A DNA stretch of 64,000 nucleotides from an uncultured delta proteobacterium. GTDB taxonomy: Bacteria > Desulfobacterota > Binatia > JACPRU01. Shown piece by piece: positions 28,937 through 38,851 of this stretch. Position numbers and translations under genes: made by a program. Position 1 is the stretch's first letter, and the number at the start of each line of letters is the position of its first letter. The notes below the pieces were generated by a model. The model was not told where the DNA came from, did no database searches, and was given only the letters and a program-made list of their open reading frames with translations. The DNA lies in contig CAVUWD010000011.1 of assembly GCA_963745025.1 (NCBI GenBank), forward strand, positions 320,001-384,000, in the 5' to 3' direction.

Positions 28937-30908
28937 ATGGAAATCGTTCATAGCGATGAGGACCCGAGAGAAGAAGGCAAACCCTCGTCGCCTCTCTCTG
29001 AGGCCGGCTCCATCGAAGAGCTGAGGAGGCTCTTCGACCCCGCGCCTTTTGCCGTGCTCGCAGTCGGGCCCAAGGGGCTCATCGAATACGTCAATCGGCG
29101 TCACTGCGAGATCTTCACGCATCCGCGGGATTATTATCGCGGGCAAGGATTTCCGCGCGACGTTCGGCCCGGCCCTCGCAACGGCCGGTCTGCTCGAGCG
29201 GTACGACCGCCTGGTCGAGCGAGGAGAAGCGTTCCATGCGACAAGGCTGGATTTCGGGAGCCGCGCCGACGACGCCAGCCTTGCGGTGAGTATGCGCGGC
29301 TATCGGACGGGTCGATGGATCCTCATCGTATCGGTCCTCGAGCGGGTAGTTGATGACCAGCAAGCGCGTTATCTGCAGCTTTTCGAGAACGCCAACGATG
29401 GCGTCTTCATCCTCTCGCGAGACGGGCGGTTCACCGCAGTCAATCGAAGATTCTCCGAGATGGTCGGGGTGCCGATCCCGGAGCTGATCGGTAAGACCAC
29501 CGAGATCTTTCTTCCGGGACGCTTCGGGCAATCGCTCGATCGGCTGGAGCGGATCTTGCGTGAGGGACGCCTCGGCCCCTACGAACTGGAGATCTTCACG
29601 CCGAAGGGCGTGCAGTTCGTCTCGCTGAACGGGTTCGCGCTCGTCGAGGAGGGGAAGCCCGTCGGGGTGATGAGCATCGCCCGGGACACTACCGAGGAGC
29701 ACCGGCGCGCGGAGGAACTTCGGGAGGCTCGCGATAAGGCTCTCGAATCTTCACGTCTCAAGACCTCCTTCTTGGCCAACGTCAGTCACGAGATCCGCAC
29801 TCCACTCAACGTCATGCTCGGCTACGGATCGTTGCTTGCCGACCTCGCCGGAGATACCGGCAACGCGGACCAGGTCGAAATCGTCCAACACATGCGGCGC
29901 GCGGGAGAGCGCTTGGAGGAGACCATTGATTCGATTCTGGACATCTCGAAGATCGAGTCCGGCTCCTTCGACGTGCGCCCGGAACGCGTAGAGCTCGCCG
30001 CGGCGATCGAGCGCCAGATCAGCGACTTCCAGCCGATGGCGCGTGCCAAAGGACTGGCTCTTTCCTTCACAATCGGCGACCCGAGTGCGGCAGTGATCTT
30101 CGACCCGTACTGTCTCGACACCGCGCTCATGAATCTATTGGCCAACGCCATCAAGTTCACGCCGAACGGCGATGTGCACGTGGAGCTGGCACGCGACTCG
30201 GACCGGCATCTCTGCCTGCATGTGCGCGACACGGGGGTCGGAATCGACGCTGATTTCCTTCCTCGGCTCTGCGAGCCATTCGCGCAAGAGGACAGCGGCT
30301 TCACCCGGCGATTCGACGGTGTGGGGCTGGGGCTTGCCTTGACGAAGAGGTATCTCGAGCTGAACGGCGCGCGCCTCTCGGCCAAGAGCCAGAAGGGCCT
30401 CGGCTCGCTTTTCACGATTCATTTCACAACCGAGATCGCGCTTCCTCGACCCGCCGACGTGAGCCCCGCCAGCTCCGCGGGACCAGTCGACTTCTCTACC
30501 GACCTCACGCGGTTGCGGGTACTCGTCGTTGAGGACGACGAACAGACCAGGAACTACATGAACATCATGCTCGGCAAGTCTCGCGAGCTTTCGCTCGCCG
30601 CAAGCGCGGACGAGGCCCTGCTCGTGTTGGCGGCCCGTCAGGTGGACATCGTGCTGATGGACATCTCACTCAAAGGACGTGAGGACGGCCTGGCACTGAC
30701 CAGACGGCTTCGCAGCGATCCCGGGTTGAAGAATCTGGCGATCATAGCGCTCACCGCTCACGCGTTTCCCGAGGATCGGCGTGCCGCGCTCGCGGCGGGT
30801 TGCGACGACTACCTGGCGAAGCCGTTCACCCCCCGCGACCTCATGGCGAAGATCGCGGCCGTGCTTCCGAACGAGGAGATCGAACGCCGGATCTCCGCCC
30901 CGGCATAG
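28937..30908 (+). CDS. Hybrid PAS sensor histidine kinase with receiver domain; frameshift near 29140
   Basis: PAS domain (LFENANDGVFILS), FLANVSHEIRTPLN, NLLANAIKFT, DTGVGI, GVGLGL, LVVEDD...LMDISL...KPF. Confidence 0.92.
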
Positions 30909-31094
30909 GGGAGCGCGTTTCGGATCGCCGTCGTATCGCTGTTCATCCGGAAAAACATCTCCGAGGGAGGTCGCGTCGCGGGGAGGAGTAGAAGTTTCGC
31001 GGGCTGTATGGCTGCTCGGCGGCGAGAAATAGGGCTACGCCGAACGGCCACGAGCACGATCGTCGCCGTGTCTCCCGTCGGACCGCGATCGGCG

Positions 31095-31886
31095 TCACTT
31101 ACTTGTGACGACCGCGTCCTCGACGATGATCGCGTACTTGTAACCAAAGCCGAAATCCCTGTCGACGCCGAGCTTACCCCGCGCGAGCACCGTGTCGCCG
31201 ATGTTGGCAACCGTGCTCGTCGTCACGGTCAGGTCGTTGGTGTCCGCGTCGCCGCTTCCGTCACGGATGTGAATCCAGTTCTTGCCCATGACGCCCGTCG
31301 TCACCTTGACGACCTTGCCGCGCACCGACACTTCCTTGCCGGCGAGGCCGCTCTTGTCGGCGTAGAGCTCGGCCACGCGGTAGCCGCCTTCGGCCTTCGC
31401 GACGTTCGAGAGGTCCACGGCGCCAACCGACGAGGCCGGCGAACCATGGCCGCTCGGCGCGCTCGAGGCGTTCGCGGTAGGCTTGCCTGCCGAATCGCCC
31501 CGGGTGACCTCGATCCTATCGACGAAGTAGACGACGTCGAACGTCCGCTCCAGCGTTTTGCTGTGGAAGTTGGGCATCGGAACACCTGCGGACAGCACCA
31601 CCTGTTCGCCGACGGCGACCGTCAGTTCCGGCGCGGCGGCCCAGACTTTCGCTGCGCCATCATCGACGAGCACGTAGGTATAGCCGCCCGAGTTCATCGT
31701 CTCGACGACTCTTCCCCTCCTGGGCGCCGACTTGCCTGCCCCGGTGCCACCCGTCGCAGCGGCCTCCGTTGCGGAAGCTTCCGAGGCGAGCACCACGGCC
31801 CCGGCCTGCCCGTCGTCACGCGCGCGGCCGGCAAGGACGATCGCGGCCATTCCGACCGCCGCGATCGAGAGGATGGGGTGTCTCAC
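31095..31886 (-). CDS. Exported tandem OB-fold protein (NrfJ-like)
   Basis: GRVVETMNSGGYTY, FHSKTLERTFD, VRGKVVK...MGKNWIHIRDGSG, DRDFGFGYKY. Confidence 0.75.
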   Translation of the reverse strand: MRHPILSIAAVGMAAIVLAGRARDDGQAGAVVLASEASATEAAATGGTGAGKSAPRRGRVVETMNSGGYTYVLVDDGAAKVWAAAPELTVAVGEQVVLSAGVPMPNFHSKTLERTFDVVYFVDRIEVTRGDSAGKPTANASSAPSGHGSPASSVGAVDLSNVAKAEGGYRVAELYADKSGLAGKEVSVRGKVVKVTTGVMGKNWIHIRDGSGDADTNDLTVTTSTVANIGDTVLARGKLGVDRDFGFGYKYAIIVEDAVVTSK

Positions 31887-32039
31887 AGCAGTTCCTCCTT
31901 GTCACGCATCATGCCGCTTCTCCAATTTGCATACCATGCAGACGATGCGTCGGTTTCGCAAGCAGCGCCCTCGGTCGGACCAAATGACGAAAGCCTGTTT
32001 CAGGGGAATCGGGGCATCCCTTCCGGTGTCTACCGGATC

Positions 32040-32303
32040 ACTCGCAAGCGCCTCTACTTGTACCACCGCTTCCTCGACAGGTACCGATTCCCCGGTGACC
32101 CCGCCGCAGGCATCCCAAATCGCTTCTACAGCGAGACGACGATCATTCAGCTCGGATTCGTGGCCAGTCGCGAGATCCTTTCCGGCCTGCGCCTCGCCAT
32201 TCAGCCCGCGCCGACCTACGGAAGGATCCGCGCGCATTACCCGGGAAACTACGATCTCAGCGGAGGAGTGGCGGGCATTTCCATTACCTATCGGCTGGAC
32301 TAG
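32040..32303 (+). pseudogene. Relic of an outer-membrane beta-barrel (FadL/OmpP1-like)
   Basis: Alternating beta-strand pattern and C-terminal YPGNYDLSGGVAGISITYRLD; no plausible full-length gene. Confidence 0.35.
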
Positions 32304-32404
32304 AGTCCGGCGGCGAGCCGCCAGGAGGCGCGCATGGCCGCGAGCATCATCTCCGGCAGCGCTCACGTCACCGAGCCGCCCGACGAGACAAAGAGGGGAC
32401 CTTG

Positions 32405-33097
32405 ATGGAACCTGAAACAAGATTCCCCAACGACGCCACCTCACAGCTCCAGAATGTCATTCCGACTGCCATGGCGGTCTTGACCGACCCTAAGAGCTTC
32501 TTCGCCTCGATGCCGAAGGAGGGCGGATTCGAGGCGCCCGGCATCTTCGCTCTCGCGATGCTCGTCCCCTACGCCGTGATTCCCGCACTGCTGTCGCTCC
32601 TCCATCTCCACGCCGGAGGCTTCATCGCCTCGCTGATCGTCATGCCGGTCTTCGGCGCCATCGGACTCCTGGTCGGCGCAGCGATCGTTCTGTTCGTCTC
32701 GCGGGCGCTCGGCGGCGAAGCGAGCTTCGAGTCGAGCTTCCGCATCGTCGCCTACTCAGCGGCGATCGCACCGATTCAGGCCGTTGCCCAGATCATCCCC
32801 TACCTGCATATCCTGGTCAGTGCCTACGGCCTCTACCTGGCGATCGTGGCCGTGATCGCCGTCCATCGTGTGCCGGAGCAGAAGGCGTGGCGCGTGCTCG
32901 GCGGAATCGCCGCGGTGCTGCTGGTATTTTGGTTCTTCGCAACCATGAGCGCGCGGCGGATGGCTTCGCAAATGGAGGCCATGAAGCCCCAGATGGACGA
33001 GTTGTCGCACCAGATGCAGAAGCAGGCCGAGGAAATGCAGAAGGCCGCCGAGAAGATGCAGCAAGAGATGCAGCACCAGGAACAGCAGAGCCGCTGA
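32405..33097 (+). CDS. Yip1 family membrane protein with a Gln/Met-rich coiled-coil tail
   Basis: VLTDPKSFFASMPKEGGF, GGEASFESSFRIVAYS, 5 TM segments. Confidence 0.82.
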   Translation: MEPETRFPNDATSQLQNVIPTAMAVLTDPKSFFASMPKEGGFEAPGIFALAMLVPYAVIPALLSLLHLHAGGFIASLIVMPVFGAIGLLVGAAIVLFVSRALGGEASFESSFRIVAYSAAIAPIQAVAQIIPYLHILVSAYGLYLAIVAVIAVHRVPEQKAWRVLGGIAAVLLVFWFFATMSARRMASQMEAMKPQMDELSHQMQKQAEEMQKAAEKMQQEMQHQEQQSR

Positions 33098-33105
33098 AAG
33101 CCCCC

Positions 33106-33306
33106 TTGCTGCCGGCGAGCGCCAAGGCCGGCAAGTTAACCGGATTTTCTGGCATCCCCGGTAGGTTGGCGTCCCTGTAAGAGACGCGGGTCTCGGTTCG
33201 CGGTTCCGAAGCCCGGGCTTCAGTGGCCGCTGAGGGTGCTCAGCGCCACCGGCCCCCAAGACTTGAGCTCACGCGCCCCGCACAACACAAAGCTTACCCG
33301 CGCGTC
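33106..33306. terminator. Row of GC-rich hairpins between convergent genes (probable terminator region)
   Basis: tgccggc/gccggca, accgg/ccggt, gcgtc/gacgc, gtgg-cgctgag/ctcagcg-ccac. Confidence 0.4.
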
Positions 33307-33318
33307 CGTCATCTCGGT

Positions 33319-34287
33319 TTACACTTTCTTGAGAAACTCCATGAGCAATCGATTCACCTCAGTGGGTCGTTCTTGTTGAATCCAATGCCCTGCGCCAGGA
33401 AGGATCACTTTCTTCGTTAAGTTTGGAATCGCCTGTTCCAGTCTCGCCACTGCATCCGGATACATAGTGAGGACCGCATCAACTTCACCAGCGACAAAAA
33501 GCGTCGGTTGCTGAATCTGTGCGCCGCACATCGGCGCCGAGAATTCCCACATACGATCGATGTTGCGATACCAATTGAGCCCACCTCGAAAACCGGAACG
33601 CGTGAACTCTTGCACGAAAAACTCTAAGTCCTGCTCTGTCAGCCACGAGGGAAGCACGGCCGGCACAGTCACGCTGTCCATTAGCGTTTCGGATTTCTTA
33701 AACAGAAAGCGCCAGCGCTGCGCCGGTGGTGGATCGCCGGAGGCCGAATACAGAAATGCGAGCAACGATTTGCGAATGTCTGTCTCGAATTCGGCTTCGG
33801 CCTTGCCGGGCTCTTGAAAGTACGACTGATAGAAATGGAATTGGTCGCCTTCGAGGTATTTCATTCCTACAGTTGGACGTGGATCCGTCCAGGACCGTTG
33901 CAAATACGGCACACTCAAGAGGCCGAGCACGCGGAATATATCCGGGCGCAACAGCGCACAATGCCAGGCCACCGGCGCACCCCAATCATGACCAACAATC
34001 ACTGCGTGTTCTTCTCCCAACGCATGAACGAGGCCGACGATGTCAGCGGTCAGCTTGAGAATGTGGTACTCCTCGATCGCCTCAGGCTTGTCGGTCTGAC
34101 CATACCCGCGTTGATCAGGAGCAACGACGTGATAGCCCGCCCCTGCAAGTGCTGGCAATTGATGCCGCCACGAGTACCAGGACTCCGGCCAGCCATGACA
34201 CAAGATCACGAGTGGCCCTTCGCCCTGTTCGGCGATATGCATGCGAATCCCGTTGGTGTCGAGAACACGATGGCGGATCGTATTCAT
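33319..34287 (-). CDS. Epoxide hydrolase (alpha/beta hydrolase, EphA-like)
   Basis: HGWPESWYSWRHQ, DQRGYG, GHDWGA, YQSYFQ, GGLNWYRN, AGHWIQQE. Confidence 0.93.
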   Translation of the reverse strand: MNTIRHRVLDTNGIRMHIAEQGEGPLVILCHGWPESWYSWRHQLPALAGAGYHVVAPDQRGYGQTDKPEAIEEYHILKLTADIVGLVHALGEEHAVIVGHDWGAPVAWHCALLRPDIFRVLGLLSVPYLQRSWTDPRPTVGMKYLEGDQFHFYQSYFQEPGKAEAEFETDIRKSLLAFLYSASGDPPPAQRWRFLFKKSETLMDSVTVPAVLPSWLTEQDLEFFVQEFTRSGFRGGLNWYRNIDRMWEFSAPMCGAQIQQPTLFVAGEVDAVLTMYPDAVARLEQAIPNLTKKVILPGAGHWIQQERPTEVNRLLMEFLKKV

Positions 34288-34675
34288 GAGCCTTCCTCCG
34301 ATATGCAGTACTCGACCTAGCAGCCCGAGCGCGGCCCACCCGTGAACGCGAACCAACGGCCCTTGCCGCGAGCTCGGCGAGCCCATGCGAAGGACTCCTT
34401 CCTGTCGAGGATTGTGGGTGAGAATTCAGTCGGTTTTGTAGTGCTTCGGCTGCTCGAAAGCATAGGCCTCACTTCGGCTGCGGCCATACACCAGGCACAG
34501 CCGTCGCCAACTCGGGCCAGCCATGCACAAAAATGACAAGCGGTCCGTCTTCCGGTCCTGCTGCAAGATAAAAGGTCGTATGTCGCGCTGTCTTGATCGT
34601 GTGTTCGGTGATGGACATCTCAGGTTTCTTTCTCTTTCTGGGAGCGGGGTTTTCGTGCCTGTCGAGCGGCCGTCT

Positions 34676-36442
34676 TCAGAGTCGCCAGACGAATGGGATC
34701 ACCCCGATGGCGATCGCCCCGCAGAGCAGGTCGAGCGGCAGCCCGATCCGCACGAAGTCGGTATAGCGATACCCGCCTGGCCCGTAGACGATGAGGTGGG
34801 TCGTGTAGCCGAACGGGGTGGCGAACGCGCAGCTCGCGGCCACGGTGATCGCGATGACGAAGGCGCGGGGGTCGACGCCGAGGTCGCCCGCCGTCGCGAC
34901 CCCGATCGGGAACATCAGCGCCGCCGCCGCGTTGTGATTGATGACCTCGGTCAAGGCGACGGTCGCGAAGTAGATCACCGCGAGCGTTCCGATCTGGCCG
35001 AACGACGCCCTGGAAACGAGCGCGTGCGCGACTGCGGCCGCCGCGCCGGTCTTCTCGATCGCGCTCGCCAAGCCGATCGCGGCGGCGATCATGATCAGCA
35101 AGGGCCACTCGATCGCCGCCCGCGCCCTCGCCGCGGAGGTGCAGCGGGTGGCGATCAACACGCCCGCCGCGAGAAACGAAGCGATCGAAATCGGCAGCCA
35201 TTCCATCCAGACCACGAACACGAGGCAGCCGAGCACGCAGAGCGCGAGGCGTGCGCGATCGAAGCGCGGCGGCTCGGAGTCGGAGACCTCGCTCACGAGA
35301 TAGAAGTCGGGGCTATTGCGGTGGACTCGGACGAAGCCCGGCGCAGTCTGCATGAGCAGCGTGTCGCCTGGCTCGAGAACGACCTCGCCGATCTTGCCGC
35401 CCACGCGCACGCCGTTTCGGTGCACCGCGATCACCGCAGCGTCGTACACCGTGCGGAAGTTGGCGTCACGAATGCTCTGGCCGACGAGCGGCGAGGAGGG
35501 GGAGATCACCGCCTCGGTGAGCCGCCGATCAGGCCGAACCATCGAGGCGTCGTTGCCGTGACTGTCCGGCGCGAGGCCGCGCATTTTCTGCAGATCGACG
35601 ATGGTCTCGACCACGCCCACGAAGACGAGGCGGTCACCCTCGCGGATCACCTCGTCGGGTCCGACCGGCGTGATCACCCGAGCGGCCCTGTCGATCTCCA
35701 CCAGGAAAAGGCCGGGGAGATGGCGCAGGCCCCCCTCCTCGACCGCCTGGCCGATGAGCGGGCTTTTCGGCTCGACGATCATCGCAACGGTGTACTCTCG
35801 CCGATGCTCGCCGACCTCGTCGCTCGGGTCGCGCCGGTCGGGGAGCAGGCGTGACGCGAACAGCAACATGTACCCCAGCCCAGCCGCGCAGACCGGAAGC
35901 CCGACGGGAGCGAGCTCGAAGAAGCCCATGGGCCGCATGCCGCCCTTGATCATCAGGCCGTTCACCGTGAGGTTCGTGCTCGTGCCGATCAGCGTGATGA
36001 CCCCGCCGAGGATCGTCGCGTAGGAGAGCGGAATCAGGAACCGCGCCGGTGAGGAGCGGTTTCGCCGCGACCAGTCGATCACCACCGGCGTCATCATGGC
36101 GACGATCGTGGTGTTGTTGAGGAACGCGGATAGCGCCGCCACCGGAGTCATCATCCGCGCAAGGCCGGTGACCTCGCTGCGCGAACGGCCGAAGATTCGG
36201 CCGAAGAGCGCCTCCACGGCGCCCGTGTCGCGGAGAGCCGCCGAGAGGACGAGCAGCGCTCCGACCGTCGCCATCGACTGGTTCGAGAAGCCGGCGAAGG
36301 TCTCCGTCGGCGTGAGCACGCCCGCCGCCGCCAGCGTGAAGAGGCCGCCCATGAGCACGACGTCGGGCGAAGTGACCTCGCGGGCCATCGCGATGATCGT
36401 GGCGGCAAGCACCGCGAGCGTAAACCAACCCTGCCAGTCCAT
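34676..36442 (-). CDS. SLC13 permease with TrkA-C (RCK_C) domains
   Basis: SAFLNNT, TLIGTSTN, two RCK_C repeats, FATPFGYTTHLIVYGPGGY. Confidence 0.92.
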   Translation of the reverse strand: MDWQGWFTLAVLAATIIAMAREVTSPDVVLMGGLFTLAAAGVLTPTETFAGFSNQSMATVGALLVLSAALRDTGAVEALFGRIFGRSRSEVTGLARMMTPVAALSAFLNNTTIVAMMTPVVIDWSRRNRSSPARFLIPLSYATILGGVITLIGTSTNLTVNGLMIKGGMRPMGFFELAPVGLPVCAAGLGYMLLFASRLLPDRRDPSDEVGEHRREYTVAMIVEPKSPLIGQAVEEGGLRHLPGLFLVEIDRAARVITPVGPDEVIREGDRLVFVGVVETIVDLQKMRGLAPDSHGNDASMVRPDRRLTEAVISPSSPLVGQSIRDANFRTVYDAAVIAVHRNGVRVGGKIGEVVLEPGDTLLMQTAPGFVRVHRNSPDFYLVSEVSDSEPPRFDRARLALCVLGCLVFVVWMEWLPISIASFLAAGVLIATRCTSAARARAAIEWPLLIMIAAAIGLASAIEKTGAAAAVAHALVSRASFGQIGTLAVIYFATVALTEVINHNAAAALMFPIGVATAGDLGVDPRAFVIAITVAASCAFATPFGYTTHLIVYGPGGYRYTDFVRIGLPLDLLCGAIAIGVIPFVWRL

Positions 36443-36612
36443 GGTCCGGCTGGTATACCGAGAACGCTGGGCTGCGGCCACCTCGTCGCCGGATTGGGCT
36501 TGGGGGTGATCTCCCAGTCGCAAGCTGCGCGCGATGATCTATTCGGGGTGCCGTCCGCCCCGCGACCAGGTGCGCTCGCTCGCCGTCAGCCGCGGCACCC
36601 TCATGTTCCGCG

Positions 36613-37617
36613 TCATACGTGGTTCCGTAGCATCAACTCTCTTGGGTGAGGTTCGAGATACGTCTGTGCCTGCAAGTATGAAATCGCAAAGTGTCGCACG
36701 TAGTGCCGTACCAACGTGAGCGGTACCACCAGTGGCAGCATCCCGCGTCCGTAGTCTTCGATGAGCTCGGCGAGTTCGTGCCGTGCCGAGCTATCGAGCC
36801 GATCGGAGAAGTATCCGAGGATGTGCTGCAAGACGTTCACGTGCCGCTTGGGTGTCGCCATCACCTCGACGGCGCTCATGAACTGCGCCTCATAGGAAGC
36901 GCGCAGGTCCGGACGCGTCATCGCTTTCGCCCCGGCCACCAGGCGTCCCAGCTCGGCATACAGCCTTGGGGAGTGTGCCATGAGCTGCAGCTTGTGGGCG
37001 GTATGGAACGCGACAACATTGCCGATCGTCCAGCGGCCGCGAAACAGCGAGCGCAGGCGGCGATAGGCGAATACCCGCCCGACGAAGTTCTCGCGCAGGC
37101 GCGGGTCACTCAGGCGGCCCTCTTCCTCCACCGGGAGGTGGGGGAAGGCCTGCAGCAGTGCCTCGGCGAACAGGCCGCGGCCGCTTGCGACCGGACCGCT
37201 GCGTCCGTAGATTTTCACGCGTTCCATACCGCAGCTGGGGGAGCTTTTCTTGAGCACGTAGCCGCACAGATCGTGTGCGCGGAGCGCGGCAACGCGCCGC
37301 GCGGCGTAGTTTCGCATCGTGTCGGTGTGATCGATGCCGGTCTTGGTGGTCACCAGCCGCACCTGATCCTCGATACGGCGCAAGTGCATCGATTCCCGTG
37401 GCACGCCGAGACCGGCCTCGACTTCAGGACAGACGGCTACCCATTCGACGTAGCGGCCAAAGGTATCGACCAAGAAAGGGTCGCGCTTGTGCCCGCCGTC
37501 GAAGCGCACGTGTTCGCCGAGCAAGCAGGTCGAGACACCGATGCGAATCGGCGAATCCGACGGGCTGGCTGCGCCCGCGCGCTGTGCGACGCGCTGCGAT
37601 CCTTCACCCGCGCTCAC
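36613..37617 (-). CDS. DUF523/DUF1722 (YbbK-YbgA) protein, 2-thiouracil desulfurase-like N-terminal domain
   Basis: GVSTCLLGEHVRFDGGHK, CPEVEAGLGVPRE, KKSSPSCG, EEEGRL, HTAHK, QTYLEPHP...LRNHV. Confidence 0.92.
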   Translation of the reverse strand: MSAGEGSQRVAQRAGAASPSDSPIRIGVSTCLLGEHVRFDGGHKRDPFLVDTFGRYVEWVAVCPEVEAGLGVPRESMHLRRIEDQVRLVTTKTGIDHTDTMRNYAARRVAALRAHDLCGYVLKKSSPSCGMERVKIYGRSGPVASGRGLFAEALLQAFPHLPVEEEGRLSDPRLRENFVGRVFAYRRLRSLFRGRWTIGNVVAFHTAHKLQLMAHSPRLYAELGRLVAGAKAMTRPDLRASYEAQFMSAVEVMATPKRHVNVLQHILGYFSDRLDSSARHELAELIEDYGRGMLPLVVPLTLVRHYVRHFAISYLQAQTYLEPHPRELMLRNHV

Positions 37618-37897
37618 GGGGTGCCCTCCTCACCAATCACTTTCATGCGCATAATGTGATCGGCACTGTCCAACTTCCCCGCAGGGTTCCGGGCCCGGGT
37701 GAGCGGCGACCTCGCGCCTGGATCAAGACCATGGAGTTTGTGCTCGCGGCGCGCGACGTGCGGATCGCGCGTGATCCGATCGGCATCGTCGGCGATCGGA
37801 ATCACCGGGCTCGCGCCTCCCAGGGGGCCTCGTCGAGATCAAGGTGATCGCGCGCCGGGAAGTTGAAGCCGGGCGACCTCGAAGGCGGCTCAAGGGC

Positions 37898-38098
37898 TCA
37901 GCGATGCCGCGGCGGCGCCTCGATCGTGTCGCCGCAGGTCGAGCCGCATTGCGGGCAGACGTACTCGTACTTGTCGCCGTTCGGCAGAACGAGGAGCAGG
38001 CGTTTCCGCACCGGCACGGCCGTCCGACATTTCGGGCAGGCGAGTAGCGTAGCATTCATCCGCTCGAAGGACGCCCGCGGGACTCGCTCAGTCGGCAT
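37898..38098 (-). CDS. Small zinc-ribbon protein
   Basis: CPKC...VRKRLLLVLPNGDKYEYVCPQCG. Confidence 0.75.
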   Translation of the reverse strand: MPTERVPRASFERMNATLLACPKCRTAVPVRKRLLLVLPNGDKYEYVCPQCGSTCGDTIEAPPRHR

Positions 38099-38217
38099 GC
38101 CCGCAAATTAGTATAGACTTTGCCTTGCGCGCAACGTCCACGACTCCACGGCATGCCCGGACTCTTGCATTGGCCGATCAGGACCTCCAAAGTGAAAGCA
38201 ACGGATCGGAGGCAATC

Positions 38218-38676
38218 ATGGCAGATGCGAAGGTCCCTGCGGGTATGCCCGGCTGGATTCAGAATCACGTGCGGCAATATCTCGAGAGCGGGGGCACAGA
38301 AGGGCACATGTGGGACTCCTCGGTCGTGGGCGGACCGGGCCCACTGCCGACGCTCCTCCTCACGACGACCGGTCGTAAATCGGGCACGAAACAGCTCGTG
38401 CCTCTCATCTACGGCAAGACCGAAGGGGGGGTCGTCGTGATCGCATCCAAGGGAGGAGCGCCCGAGCACCCCGGCTGGTATCGCAACCTCACCGCCAACT
38501 CGGAAGTCGAGGTGCAAGTGGGGACGGAGCGGTTTCGAGCCAAGGCATCGACCGTCGAAGGCCCGGAGCGAGCGAAGCTCTGGGACCAGATGGTTGGCAT
38601 CTACCCGCCCTATACCGCGTACCAGAAGAAGACCGAGCGGAAGATTCCCGTAGTGGCGCTGAGGCGGGTCGAGTAG
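38218..38676 (+). CDS. Deazaflavin (F420)-dependent nitroreductase family (DDN/FDOR-A)
   Basis: LLLTTTGRKSG, ASKGGAPEHPGWYRNLTAN, YQKKTERKIPVV; RBS GGAGG. Confidence 0.92.
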   Translation: MADAKVPAGMPGWIQNHVRQYLESGGTEGHMWDSSVVGGPGPLPTLLLTTTGRKSGTKQLVPLIYGKTEGGVVVIASKGGAPEHPGWYRNLTANSEVEVQVGTERFRAKASTVEGPERAKLWDQMVGIYPPYTAYQKKTERKIPVVALRRVE

Positions 38677-38851
38677 GGGCGACTCGAGGTCAGGCGGTAG
38701 CGCGGCCTGTGCGGGCGCCAGGTCGAGGTGCAGATACGGCGTTCGGCAGCCCATCGTTCGTGCCGTCGCGACTGGTTCTCAAATCGGTGGTCGCCATGCG
38801 CGCGTCTGGCGCTGCCCGACTGACGTGACGGACAGAAGGAAGGGGGACGTC

